A stretch of 64,000 nucleotides of DNA. Origin: Ignavibacteriales bacterium. GTDB lineage: Bacteria > Bacteroidota > Ignavibacteria > Ignavibacteriales > DAOSCP01. Shown here piece by piece: positions 48,372 to 58,102 of this stretch; within the stretch, counting starts at the first letter, position 1, and each line of letters begins with the position of its first letter. Both the position numbers and the translations under genes were made by a program. The stretch is taken from contig DAOSCP010000001.1 of NCBI GenBank assembly GCA_035361425.1, forward strand, positions 275,412 through 339,411, given 5' to 3'. The notes beneath the pieces are model-generated. The model searched no databases and was not told the DNA's origin. It saw nothing but the letters and a program-made list of their open reading frames with translations.

Positions 48372-51131
48372 TTATTCTAAGTATTTTTTTAAATATTTAC
48401 CTGTTATAGAATTTGGATTTTTAACAATTTCTTCTGGAGTACCTGTGGCAACAATATTACCACCATCATCACCAGCACCAGGACCTAAATCAATTATATA
48501 ATCAGCACATTTAATTAAATCAAGATTATGCTCAATTACAATGAGAGAGTTATTTCGTTTTATTAGTGTATCAAAACTTTTTAAAAGATATTTTATGTCT
48601 TCAAAATGTAAACCGGTTGTTGGTTCATCAAAAATGTATAGTATGTTATCAGAAGATGTATTTTTGCTTAATGAATAGGCTAATTTTAATCTTTGAGCTT
48701 CACCGCCGGATAATGTGTTAGAAGGTTGGCCAAGCTTAATATATCCTAATCCTACTTCTTTGAGTATTATAAGATAATTTAGTAATTTAGGAACATCATA
48801 AAAAAACTCAAAAGCTTCATCAACTGTCATATTTAAAACATCAACTATATTTTTGTTTCGGTAGTAAATTTGTTGTATTTCTGGTTTGAATCTTTTTCCG
48901 TGGCAAGATTCACATTGCATATAAACATCAGAAAGAAATTGCATCTCAATTTTTATAAATCCTTCTCCTTTGCATTCATCACATCTACCGCCATCAACAT
49001 TCATCGAAAAGAAACCGGGTTTAAAACCATTTGCTCTTGCAAGCGGAGTAGATGCAAAAATATCTCTTATTATATCATATCCACCAATATAACTAATAGG
49101 ATTTGATCTTGAAGATTTACCAATTGGCGATTGATCAACTATTTCAATTCCATCAATATTTTTTAAACCAGTTATATTTTTACATTTACCAACCACCTTT
49201 ACAGGATTTCTAAAAAATTTCGCAATATTTCCATAAACTACATCATGAATAAGTGTACTTTTGCCACTGCCACTAACACCTGTTACAACAACTAATTTAT
49301 TTAACGGAATTTTAACACTTATGTGTTTCAGATTATTTTCATAAGCATCTACTATTTCAATTTTTGGAGTGTCATATGCTCTTCTTTTCTCTGGTAAAGA
49401 AATTTTCAGTTTCCCAGATAAGTATTTACCGGTTAGGGAATTATCATTATTTTTAATTTCATCTATTGTTCCACTTGCAACCAATTCGCCACCATGAATA
49501 CCAGATTTAGGACCAATTTCATATATAACATCTGCATTTTCTATCATATCTGGATCGTGTTCAATAACAAGCACCGTATTTCCAAAATTTTTTAGTTTAT
49601 GCAATAGATTTATCAATCTGATATTATCCGCAGGATGCAAGCCAATGCTTGGTTCATCTAGTATATAAATTGATGATGTTAAAGCAGAACCTAATGAAGT
49701 TGCTAAATTTATTCTTTGTGCTTCACCACCGGATAAAGTACCACTTTGTCTATCAAGTGTAAGATATCCAAGCCCAATTTCTTCAAGAAAAGTAAGTCTT
49801 TTTATTATTTCATTTAGTATTTGTTTGGCAACCTCTTTTTCAAATTCACTCAATTCCAGAGAGTTAAAAAATTTCAAGTTATCTTTGATAGACATTATTA
49901 TCAGATCATGAATATTTTTATTATTAATTTTTACCTGCAAAGCTTCTCTTCTTAATCTAGTTCCTTTACATGCAGAACAAGTTGTATAGCCGCGATATTT
50001 GTTAAGCAAAATTCTATAACCTACTTTATAAGATTTTTTTTCTAATTCTTCAAAAAATGCATTAAGCCCAATATAATGACCAAAACCTTTAAAGATCAAA
50101 TTAATTTGTTCATTTGTTAATTCTCTAAAAGGAACATTTGTAGGAATTCCAAAATATTTTGCATATTCTATTAAATCTCTTTTAATCCAAGCGAAATTTA
50201 AAGTTGAAATAGGAACAATAGCATCTTCCCTTATTGATTTTTCCGGGTCTGGCACAACAAGATTTAAATCTATTCCTATTGTTTTGCCAAAACCTTCGCA
50301 AACAGGACAAGCACCAAAAGGACTGTTAAAAGAAAACATTTTCGGATCTGGATCATTGTATGTAACGCCGCAACATTCTAAAAATTTGCTAAATTTTTTT
50401 GTTTTATCTTGAGATTTGTTTATTATAACAATTCTTCCTTCTCCAACGGAAAAAGCGTTATCAATGCTTTCTTGTAACTCTGTAAAACTATCCTCATTAA
50501 GAATAAATCTTTGAAAAACAATTAAAATTTCGTTTATTTGCTCAAAATTAAAATCTTCATTATCGGAAAAATCATAATATTCACCATCAATTAAAAATCT
50601 ATAATATCCTTTTTTTAATAAATATCTTAATGTATTGCTAGCTCCAAATTCTTGTTCTATATTAACAGGAATAGCTAATATATATTTATCACCTAAATTT
50701 TGTTTTTTTAACCATTCAATAACTGTTTCTGTAGAATTTCTTTTAACTTCATTATTGCAAATTAAACAATATGTTTTTCCAACTTTAGCAAATAATAAAC
50801 GATAAAAATCATAAATTTCTGTTGTGGTGGCAACAATAGATCTGGAATTTTTTGTTAAGGTCTTTTGTTCAATAGCAATAGATGGTCTTAAACCATTAAT
50901 AATATCCACATCTGGTTTAGGTAACTTTTCAAGGAATTGTCTTGTATAAGAAGATAAACTTTCAACATATCGTCTGTATCCTTCTGCGTAAACTGTATCC
51001 ACAACTAAAGAAGATTTACCGCTTCCGCTTAATCCAGTAAATACACTAAGTTTATTGTGGGGGATTCTTACATTGATATTTTTTAAGTTATTTTGTCTTG
51101 CTCCTTTTATATCGATATATTTCGTTGGCAT
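48372..51131 (-). CDS. uvrA: Excinuclease ABC subunit A family protein
   Basis: It has two ABC modules (GLSGSGKSS and GVSGSGKST, with LSGGEAQR twice) and zinc modules (CPVCEG, CSACKG, CDECKGEG...CESCHG). At 919 aa it could be a UvrA paralogue. Confidence 0.85.
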   Translation of the reverse strand: MPTKYIDIKGARQNNLKNINVRIPHNKLSVFTGLSGSGKSSLVVDTVYAEGYRRYVESLSSYTRQFLEKLPKPDVDIINGLRPSIAIEQKTLTKNSRSIVATTTEIYDFYRLLFAKVGKTYCLICNNEVKRNSTETVIEWLKKQNLGDKYILAIPVNIEQEFGASNTLRYLLKKGYYRFLIDGEYYDFSDNEDFNFEQINEILIVFQRFILNEDSFTELQESIDNAFSVGEGRIVIINKSQDKTKKFSKFLECCGVTYNDPDPKMFSFNSPFGACPVCEGFGKTIGIDLNLVVPDPEKSIREDAIVPISTLNFAWIKRDLIEYAKYFGIPTNVPFRELTNEQINLIFKGFGHYIGLNAFFEELEKKSYKVGYRILLNKYRGYTTCSACKGTRLRREALQVKINNKNIHDLIIMSIKDNLKFFNSLELSEFEKEVAKQILNEIIKRLTFLEEIGLGYLTLDRQSGTLSGGEAQRINLATSLGSALTSSIYILDEPSIGLHPADNIRLINLLHKLKNFGNTVLVIEHDPDMIENADVIYEIGPKSGIHGGELVASGTIDEIKNNDNSLTGKYLSGKLKISLPEKRRAYDTPKIEIVDAYENNLKHISVKIPLNKLVVVTGVSGSGKSTLIHDVVYGNIAKFFRNPVKVVGKCKNITGLKNIDGIEIVDQSPIGKSSRSNPISYIGGYDIIRDIFASTPLARANGFKPGFFSMNVDGGRCDECKGEGFIKIEMQFLSDVYMQCESCHGKRFKPEIQQIYYRNKNIVDVLNMTVDEAFEFFYDVPKLLNYLIILKEVGLGYIKLGQPSNTLSGGEAQRLKLAYSLSKNTSSDNILYIFDEPTTGLHFEDIKYLLKSFDTLIKRNNSLIVIEHNLDLIKCADYIIDLGPGAGDDGGNIVATGTPEEIVKNPNSITGKYLKKYLE

Positions 51132-51137
51132 AAATTA

Positions 51138-51602
51138 TTAAAATTCCTCCTCCATCAACAGGTAATTTGTTTCAACCATTCCTAAAGATTTATACACATT
51201 TTGTGCTATTAAATTTTCTTTGTCCACATATAATCTTAAACCACAAACTTTTTGAGAATTGTCTTTAGCTAGATTTTTGACAAAATTATAAAGATCTTTA
51301 AAAATTCCTCGTTTGCGGTATTCTGGCATAACATAAACACTTTGTATCCACCAGAAGTCACCATTTCTCCAATCACTCCATTCATAAGTTATCAGTAAAG
51401 ATCCGACTATTTTGTTATCCATAATAGCAACAATATAAAATCCTTTATTATCTGAATTAATAACTATTTCTGTTGCTTGAAGTACACTTTGAAAATTTAG
51501 TTTCTTATTTTCTGTTTCTAAGGCCATTTTAACATTAAAATCTGCAATTAAAGGAGCGTCCTGTAAAACAGCCTTTCTAATTAGTAGATTTTGATTTTTC
51601 AC
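51138..51602 (-). CDS. GNAT-family N-acetyltransferase
   Basis: 154 aa with the acetyl-CoA loop YRKRGIF. Confidence 0.75.
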   Translation of the reverse strand: MKNQNLLIRKAVLQDAPLIADFNVKMALETENKKLNFQSVLQATEIVINSDNKGFYIVAIMDNKIVGSLLITYEWSDWRNGDFWWIQSVYVMPEYRKRGIFKDLYNFVKNLAKDNSQKVCGLRLYVDKENLIAQNVYKSLGMVETNYLLMEEEF

Positions 51603-52644
51603 TTTTTTTCTCTTTTTCTAATTTTTCTTCGAGCATTCTTAATTCTTTTATTTTTTCATCAAGCTCTTTATTTTTTCGATTTAATTCATCAATTTTTCTA
51701 TTCAGTTCAATTTCAAAAATTTCTCTATCCCAATAGCCTCTTTCTTCAAAGTATCCTTTAAATAACCAGTTATGTTTAAGTGCTTCCATATTTTCGGCAA
51801 ATTTATAAGCAGCAATTCTTGTATTTTCTGTTGTTTTAACAAGATTATTTATCACCACCTTCATAGAATCATAAGAACTTCTATCTGTTAATAAAGTACC
51901 TAAAACTCCTTTACCTTCTTGAATGTTATCAATTATTAAATTAACTTTATCAACAGCTTCGTTAGTTCCTTTAATCACATTATCAATACCTTTTGATAAA
52001 TCTACAATTGTATTTGTTAATACATCTAACTTGCCAGTTAATTGAGAAAGAGTAACATCTGCACTTTGTGTAACATTTACGGCAGAATTATAAAGAGAAT
52101 TATCGTAAAGCAGCTTACCTAAAGTTCCTCTTCCGCTATTGATTTGTTTTGTAACCAAAGCAAGCTGATAAGTAAATTCGTTTACATTTTTAATTGAAGC
52201 TCTTGTTTCATCGATTATATCATTTAAGGATGTTTTTTTGGCGCTTTTAATAACACCACCATTTTTAATTTTATCAAATTTAGATGTTCCTGGAGTAATA
52301 GTTACGATTTTATTTCCCACCAAACCTTCTGTTTCGATATAACACTTAGAATCTAATCTAATAAAATTTTCTATAGATTTGCTAAGTTTCATTACTACTT
52401 CAACAGTACCTTTTTCATCATTTGTAATGGTAATATCCTTAACACTACCAATATTAATACCGTTTAATCTTACTAATGCACCGTTTTTAAGCCCTTCTAC
52501 ATCATCAAAATAAGATTTAACAAAATATGTATCTTGAAATAATTGCTCTTTACTACCAATCAAAAAAATACTTAATACTATAAGAACTGTTCCTAAAAAT
52601 ACAAAAATACCTAATCTAGCGCCTTTTAAGCTTTCTTGCGCCAT
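51577..52644 (-). CDS. mlaD: MlaD/MCE-domain protein with a long coiled-coil tail
   Basis: It has an N-terminal TM segment, an MCE domain (YFDDVEGLKNGALVRLNGINIGSV) and a Lys/Glu-rich C-terminus. Confidence 0.75.
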   Translation of the reverse strand: MAQESLKGARLGIFVFLGTVLIVLSIFLIGSKEQLFQDTYFVKSYFDDVEGLKNGALVRLNGINIGSVKDITITNDEKGTVEVVMKLSKSIENFIRLDSKCYIETEGLVGNKIVTITPGTSKFDKIKNGGVIKSAKKTSLNDIIDETRASIKNVNEFTYQLALVTKQINSGRGTLGKLLYDNSLYNSAVNVTQSADVTLSQLTGKLDVLTNTIVDLSKGIDNVIKGTNEAVDKVNLIIDNIQEGKGVLGTLLTDRSSYDSMKVVINNLVKTTENTRIAAYKFAENMEALKHNWLFKGYFEERGYWDREIFEIELNRKIDELNRKNKELDEKIKELRMLEEKLEKEKKSEKSKSTN

Positions 52645-52654
52645 AATAAACCTC

Positions 52655-53398
52655 TTAATTAATTACATCAAAACTAAAAAAGTTTCTTAAAAATTCATCT
52701 TTGGAGTTAAATAATGAATTTAAATCACCATTGTAAATAATTTTTCCATCTTTTAAAAATATACTTCTATCAGCAATAATTTTAGCACAAATCATATCGT
52801 GAGTAATTGTAACTGATGTTATGTTTAACTCTTGTTGCAATTTTTTTATAAGTAAACTAATTTCTTTTGTTGTAATAGGATCTAACCCAGTTGTTGGTTC
52901 ATCATAAAAAATAATTTCCGGTTTTGTAATAATAGCTCTTGCAAGCCCAACTCTTTTTCTCATACCGCCAGATAAATCCGAAGGCATTTTATCAATAGCA
53001 TTTAAAAGTCCAACTGAATCTAATGCCCATTCAACTCTCTGATTAATTTCTTTTTGTTCCAGTTTAAAAACTTTTTTTAAAGCAAATTCCAGATTTTCTC
53101 GTACGCTCATGGCATCATATAAAGCAGCACTTTGAAAAAGGAAACTTATCCTTTTTCTAACATCAATAAGTTCTTTGCCTTTTAGTTTTGAAACATCTTT
53201 ATCAAAAATAGATATTGTTCCTTTATCCGGTGTTAGAAGTTTAACAATGCATTTGAGTAATACACTTTTTCCTGTTCCACTTTTTCCAAAGATAACTAAA
53301 TTTTCTTTTTCATAAACATCAAGTGAAACATTATCTAAAACTACAAAATCATCGAATGATTTTGATACATTTTTTACTTGTATTATTACATTGGCCAT
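52655..53398 (-). CDS. mlaF: ABC transporter ATP-binding protein (MlaF-like)
   Basis: It has GKSGTGKS, LSGGMRKR and FYDEPTTGLD. Confidence 0.8.
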   Translation of the reverse strand: MANVIIQVKNVSKSFDDFVVLDNVSLDVYEKENLVIFGKSGTGKSVLLKCIVKLLTPDKGTISIFDKDVSKLKGKELIDVRKRISFLFQSAALYDAMSVRENLEFALKKVFKLEQKEINQRVEWALDSVGLLNAIDKMPSDLSGGMRKRVGLARAIITKPEIIFYDEPTTGLDPITTKEISLLIKKLQQELNITSVTITHDMICAKIIADRSIFLKDGKIIYNGDLNSLFNSKDEFLRNFFSFDVIN

Positions 53399-54159
53399 AT
53401 AATTAAAGTAATTTTTACTAAAACAGCATCAAAAATTAAAATTAATAAAGAAGATAACACGACAGCACTAGTTGATGCAATACCTACTCCTTCTGTTCCT
53501 TTTGTAGCATAATATCCTTTAAATGAGCCTACTATTCCAACAATGAAACCAAAAACAAAAGTTTTAGAAACACCTGGTATAAAATCTTGAAAAGATAAAG
53601 CATCCTGAACAGCAGTAATGTAATAAATAACACTGGTTGGAGTTGATAAAATTATTGCAACATAACATCCTATCAAAGCTATAACTATAACATAAACGGC
53701 TAAAATAGGCAAAATAAGTGTAGTAGCAATAACTCTAGTTACCACAAGATATTTATAAGGATCAATTGCTGATAACTCCATAGCATCAATTTGTTCTGTA
53801 ATTCGCATAGACGCAATTTCTGCACCAATTCCTGAACTTACTCGACCTGCAAATATTATAGCTGTAAGCACTGGTCCCAATTCTCTTACAACAGATATAG
53901 AAACCATAGCAGGCAAAAAAGCTTCGGCGCCAAATCTTCTTAAAACTGGTTCACTTTGTAAAGCTAAAACAAAACCAATTATAAATCCGGTAACAGATAC
54001 AATAGGAAATGTTTTAACTCCCAAATCATACATATGTTTTTTTATAACATCTATTTCATATGGTGGAAGAAAAAAAACTTTGAAGAAATGTAAAGTAAAA
54101 TTAAATAAATTTCCTACCGTAGCAAAAAACTCAATCAAAGAGTTTCTTTTTTTAGTCAT
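53386..54159 (-). CDS. mlaE: ABC transporter permease (MlaE-like)
   Basis: 257 aa and multi-TM, of the MlaE/Ttg2B type (VRELGPVLTAIIFAGRVSSGIGAEI). Confidence 0.8.
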   Translation of the reverse strand: MTKKRNSLIEFFATVGNLFNFTLHFFKVFFLPPYEIDVIKKHMYDLGVKTFPIVSVTGFIIGFVLALQSEPVLRRFGAEAFLPAMVSISVVRELGPVLTAIIFAGRVSSGIGAEIASMRITEQIDAMELSAIDPYKYLVVTRVIATTLILPILAVYVIVIALIGCYVAIILSTPTSVIYYITAVQDALSFQDFIPGVSKTFVFGFIVGIVGSFKGYYATKGTEGVGIASTSAVVLSSLLILIFDAVLVKITLIIWPM

Positions 54160-54184
54160 AAATTTTATATTTTAGTTAAAAAAA

Positions 54185-55537
54185 TTAATTTGAATAAAAA
54201 ATATCTTTGGTAATGTCTTTTATATTTTTTATAGGAATAACATTAATAATAAACTTTTTTTCGATATTTTTAAAATTTTGTTTTGGTATATAAATTGTTT
54301 CAAAACCAAGTTTTTCTGCTTCTGAAATTCTTTTATTAATATCTGTTACAGCTCTAACTTCTCCACTTAATCCAATCTCTCCTACAACAACTATTTTACT
54401 TTTTACATTTAAATTTAAAAAACTTGAAATTATTCCGCAACAAACAGCCAGGTCGGCTGCTGGATCATCTATTTTAATACCTCCAACCATATTTATAAAA
54501 ATATTAGCGGTTGAAAGTTTTAAATTTAATCTTTTTTCCAGCACGGCAACAATTATTGAAAGTTTTCTTAAATCAAAACCTGTTGCTACTCTTTGGGGAA
54601 TACCAAAATTGTTCTTTGTAGTAAGTGCCTGTACTTCCAGTAAGATTGGTCTTGATCCTTCCATAACAGCCGTGACCACAGAACCATTTACCTCTTCCAT
54701 CTCATCTGACAAAAAGAATTCACCAGGATTTTTAACTTCTACTAATCCAGATTCTGTCATCTGGAATACACCTATTTCATTTGTGCTTCCAAATCTATTC
54801 TTCAAAGATCTTATTATTCTAAAATTTAAATTCTTATCTCCTTCAAAAAATAAAACTGTATCTACCATATGTTCTAAAACCATAGGACCAGCTATATTAC
54901 CTTCTTTTGTAACATGCCCTATAAAAATCAAACAGAAACCTTTACTTTTTGCCTCTTGTATTAAAGTTTGTGCACATTCTTTTATTTGTGTTACTGTTCC
55001 AGGTGAATTTTCTAAAGAAGAAAGATAAATTGTTTGAATTGAATCTATTATAACTAGTTCTGGTTTTAATTCTTTTATTTTTTCGATAATTATTTCAACT
55101 TCTGGAGAAGTTAAAACATAAAGATGTTCATTATTAATATTAGTTCTATTAGCCCTTTGTTTAATTTGATTGGCAGATTCTTCTGCGGAAACATATAAAA
55201 CTGTTTTATTTATTTTATCAGCAACTTGCATTAATAAAGTAGATTTTCCTATACCTGGATCTCCTCCAACAAGAGTAATGGAATTTTTCATAATTCCGCC
55301 GCCCATTACTCTATCATATTCACCTATATTTGTGATAATTCTTTCTTCTGTTTCTATTTTAATATCTGTAATTTTAACAGGTTTAATATTTAAAGAAGTT
55401 TGTTGATTATTTTTTGTTTTCGATACTTTCTCTTCACTAAAAGTATTCCAACTTCCGCAATCGGGACATTTACCTAACCATTTAGGACTTTCAAATCCAC
55501 AATTAGTACAAACATATTTGATTTTAATTTTTTGCAT
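54185..55537 (-). CDS. radA: DNA repair protein RadA
   Basis: It has an N-terminal zinc ribbon (CTNCG...CPDCG), the GDPGIGKST Walker A, the KNRFG motif and a Lon-like C-terminal domain. Confidence 0.92.
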   Translation of the reverse strand: MQKIKIKYVCTNCGFESPKWLGKCPDCGSWNTFSEEKVSKTKNNQQTSLNIKPVKITDIKIETEERIITNIGEYDRVMGGGIMKNSITLVGGDPGIGKSTLLMQVADKINKTVLYVSAEESANQIKQRANRTNINNEHLYVLTSPEVEIIIEKIKELKPELVIIDSIQTIYLSSLENSPGTVTQIKECAQTLIQEAKSKGFCLIFIGHVTKEGNIAGPMVLEHMVDTVLFFEGDKNLNFRIIRSLKNRFGSTNEIGVFQMTESGLVEVKNPGEFFLSDEMEEVNGSVVTAVMEGSRPILLEVQALTTKNNFGIPQRVATGFDLRKLSIIVAVLEKRLNLKLSTANIFINMVGGIKIDDPAADLAVCCGIISSFLNLNVKSKIVVVGEIGLSGEVRAVTDINKRISEAEKLGFETIYIPKQNFKNIEKKFIINVIPIKNIKDITKDIFYSN

Positions 55538-55549
55538 ACTCTAGCTTAT

Positions 55550-56278
55550 TCAAATTGTTCTATTTATAAATTTTTTAACAACTTTATCTTCAGAATTTAA
55601 CAAATCATCAAAAGAACCATCGAAATGTACATTACCATTATAAAGCATAACCACTCTTTTAGAAATCTTTTTTACTGATAGCATATCATGTGTTACAACA
55701 ATGGATGTTACTTTTAACTGTTCATTTAAATTTGCAATTAAGTCATCTATAGCATCAGATGTTATAGGATCTAATCCTGTTGTAGGTTCATCATAAAATA
55801 TGTATTTTGGGTTAGTTATTAGGGCTCTTGCTAATCCAACTCTTTTTTTCATACCTCCAGAAAGTTCTGAAGGTTTTAATTTTTCTATACCAGGTAATTT
55901 AACTAAATCTAATTTTTCTGAAACAAGTTTTTTTATCTCTTTTGTAGTATATTTATAATTATTTTCTATTAAAGGTAAAGCAATATTTTCCTCAACAGTG
56001 ATAGAATCAAATAGGGCTGCTCCTTGAAATAAAAAACCAAATTTTTGCCTTATTGAATAAAGTTTTTTTTGTGAAAGATTTGTTATATCAATTCCATCAA
56101 TAAATATTCTACCTTCATCTGGTTTAAGTAAACCTACAATGTTTTTTAATAAAACACTTTTACCGCAACCACTACTACCTATTATAGCTAAAGATTCACC
56201 TGTTTGAATCTCAAGATTTATATTTTCTAAAACAATTTTATCATTAAAACTTTTTTTAATTTTTTCAATTTTTATCAT
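55550..56278 (-). CDS. ABC transporter ATP-binding protein (second MlaF-like copy)
   Basis: It has GSSGCGKS, LSGGMKKR and FYDEPTTGLD. Confidence 0.8.
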   Translation of the reverse strand: MIKIEKIKKSFNDKIVLENINLEIQTGESLAIIGSSGCGKSVLLKNIVGLLKPDEGRIFIDGIDITNLSQKKLYSIRQKFGFLFQGAALFDSITVEENIALPLIENNYKYTTKEIKKLVSEKLDLVKLPGIEKLKPSELSGGMKKRVGLARALITNPKYIFYDEPTTGLDPITSDAIDDLIANLNEQLKVTSIVVTHDMLSVKKISKRVVMLYNGNVHFDGSFDDLLNSEDKVVKKFINRTI

Positions 56279-56279
56279 A

Positions 56280-56600
56280 TAAAATTACAATTTAATAATT
56301 ACAAAAATAAATAATTTTTTTTTAAGATTTTAAAAAATAAGAGTAATAGTAATTGAATTAATATTGTGGATTGTGGATAAGTTTTTTATGTAATTGAAAA
56401 ACAAAAAAATACGAAATTAAATTATCCTAAAGTTATCCACATTGTATGTGAATAAGAAATAAGTAATAAACATTCAACAGAGAGAAAAAATAAAATTTTT
56501 AACATGTTGAAAAATAATAAGTTAACAACAAATTTATCCACAAAAATAACTTAAAAATGTTGATAATTTATGTATTTATTCACAAGTTATCCACATTTAA
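56280..56600. other. Candidate chromosomal replication origin (oriC): DnaA-box cluster plus an AT-rich stretch
   Basis: Perfect TTATCCACA boxes lie at 56433-56441, 56534-56542 and 56587-56595 (plus orientation) and at 56372-56380 (TGTGGATAA, reverse orientation). Degenerate boxes lie at 56365-56373 (TGTGGATTG) and 56422-56430 (TTATCCTAA). 56280-56365 is almost pure A/T. dnaN-recF-gyrB-gyrA lie 1.5 kb to the right. Confidence 0.75.
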
Positions 56601-57880
56601 AAAGTACGTGTTTGTAGATATAAAGCGATTTTTTTGGCTAATTTTTCTTGTTCTTTCCAATTCCCGTGAATAATTTTTTTTGGAACAAGTTCATTTATAA
56701 TTTTTTGTATTTTGGTATCGATTGTTCCAGCGTTTGCTTTAGAAAAAGGAGTTTGTGGAAGTGGCATAAAAGTATGAGCGTGTATTCTTGCACCTAAATT
56801 GACTAAATCTTTCATTGTTTTTATTGTAAGAAAAATATCTTCTTCTGTTTCACCTGGTAATCCAAAAATAAAATCTACATTAGGAATAAAACCAGCTTTA
56901 ACAGAAGATTTTACAGCATTGTAAACATCCACTACTGTATGGCCTCTGTGACAAAGATCTAAAATCTTCTGACTTCCTGATTGAGCACCTATTACAATAT
57001 TATCGTTAGCAGCGTATTTTTTTAATAAAGAAATAGTTTCATCATTAATGTGTTCAGGTCTAACTTCGGACGGAAAAGAACCAATAAATATTTTTCCTTC
57101 TTGCCCCATACACTCTTTTATTGATTTTAGAAAGGTTTCTAAAGTATCCAAATTGATTGTTTTACCATCCTGAGAACCATAACTAAATGCGCTAGGAGTA
57201 ATAAATCTAAGATAAGTGAAATTATATTTACTTAAAATTTTTACATATTCGATTATTTTTTCGATGCTTCTGTGTCTTACTTTTGCTTTGAATAACTGTG
57301 GTGTTTGGCAGAAATAACAAACAGATGAACAACCACGGGTAATTTCAAGTGGTCCAATTCTATAATATTTTAAAGAAAAAGGTTTGTATTTATTTAAATC
57401 AACAAAATCTCTATGACCATTAAAAATGAAATTGTTATCATCATCCAAATAAGCAATACCTTTGATTGTTTTGTAATTATCATTAAGGTCAAATTTTTTT
57501 AATAATTCAATTAAAGTTTCTTCGCCCTCGCCACAAATAACTAAATCAAATCCCATTTTTAATGTACCTTTTGGGTCGCCTGAAGGATGAGGTCCGCCAG
57601 CTATTGTTAATATTTTACTTTTTAAGTTAGATGAGTTTATTAAAGAAATAATTTCGTAAGTTTCCCAAATTTGAGTTGTAAAAAAAGAAAATGCTAAAAT
57701 GATTTTTTTATGTTTTTCGAGTAAAGTTTCAAGATCTGATATTATTGAATTTTTATTTTTGATAAAATAAATATTCAAATCTTCAAAATATTCATCACTT
57801 TCTAATGTACCTAAGAGAGAATTAATAGTATATTTGTTAAATTTAGTTGTGTAAAAAGCTAAAGCGAAGTTGGTTTGCAT
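56597..57880 (-). CDS. B12-binding-domain / radical SAM protein
   Basis: It has the GCSSVCYFC (CxxxCxxC) cluster and an N-terminal Rossmann-like B12-binding-type domain. Confidence 0.75.
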   Translation of the reverse strand: MQTNFALAFYTTKFNKYTINSLLGTLESDEYFEDLNIYFIKNKNSIISDLETLLEKHKKIILAFSFFTTQIWETYEIISLINSSNLKSKILTIAGGPHPSGDPKGTLKMGFDLVICGEGEETLIELLKKFDLNDNYKTIKGIAYLDDDNNFIFNGHRDFVDLNKYKPFSLKYYRIGPLEITRGCSSVCYFCQTPQLFKAKVRHRSIEKIIEYVKILSKYNFTYLRFITPSAFSYGSQDGKTINLDTLETFLKSIKECMGQEGKIFIGSFPSEVRPEHINDETISLLKKYAANDNIVIGAQSGSQKILDLCHRGHTVVDVYNAVKSSVKAGFIPNVDFIFGLPGETEEDIFLTIKTMKDLVNLGARIHAHTFMPLPQTPFSKANAGTIDTKIQKIINELVPKKIIHGNWKEQEKLAKKIALYLQTRTF

Positions 57881-58102
57881 ATTTAATAATAAATATTGAA
57901 AATTAAGAAAACAAAACTAAAAAAAATATTAGAGTAATAAAAATGTATTTATGAGATGAACATATAATGTCAATAGAAAGGTTGAAAAAAACAACAATAA
58001 TAAAGTTAAAAATTTCTTCTAAACATTTAGAAACACTATTTTAATTTGTTTTTTAACAAAAAAAAACTTAAATTTAAAAGTTATAAATATAAGGATATTG
58101 AT

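Noticed and set aside
54609-55406. Plus-strand ORFs 54609..55028 and 55170..55406
   Set aside because: They are antisense shadows of radA.
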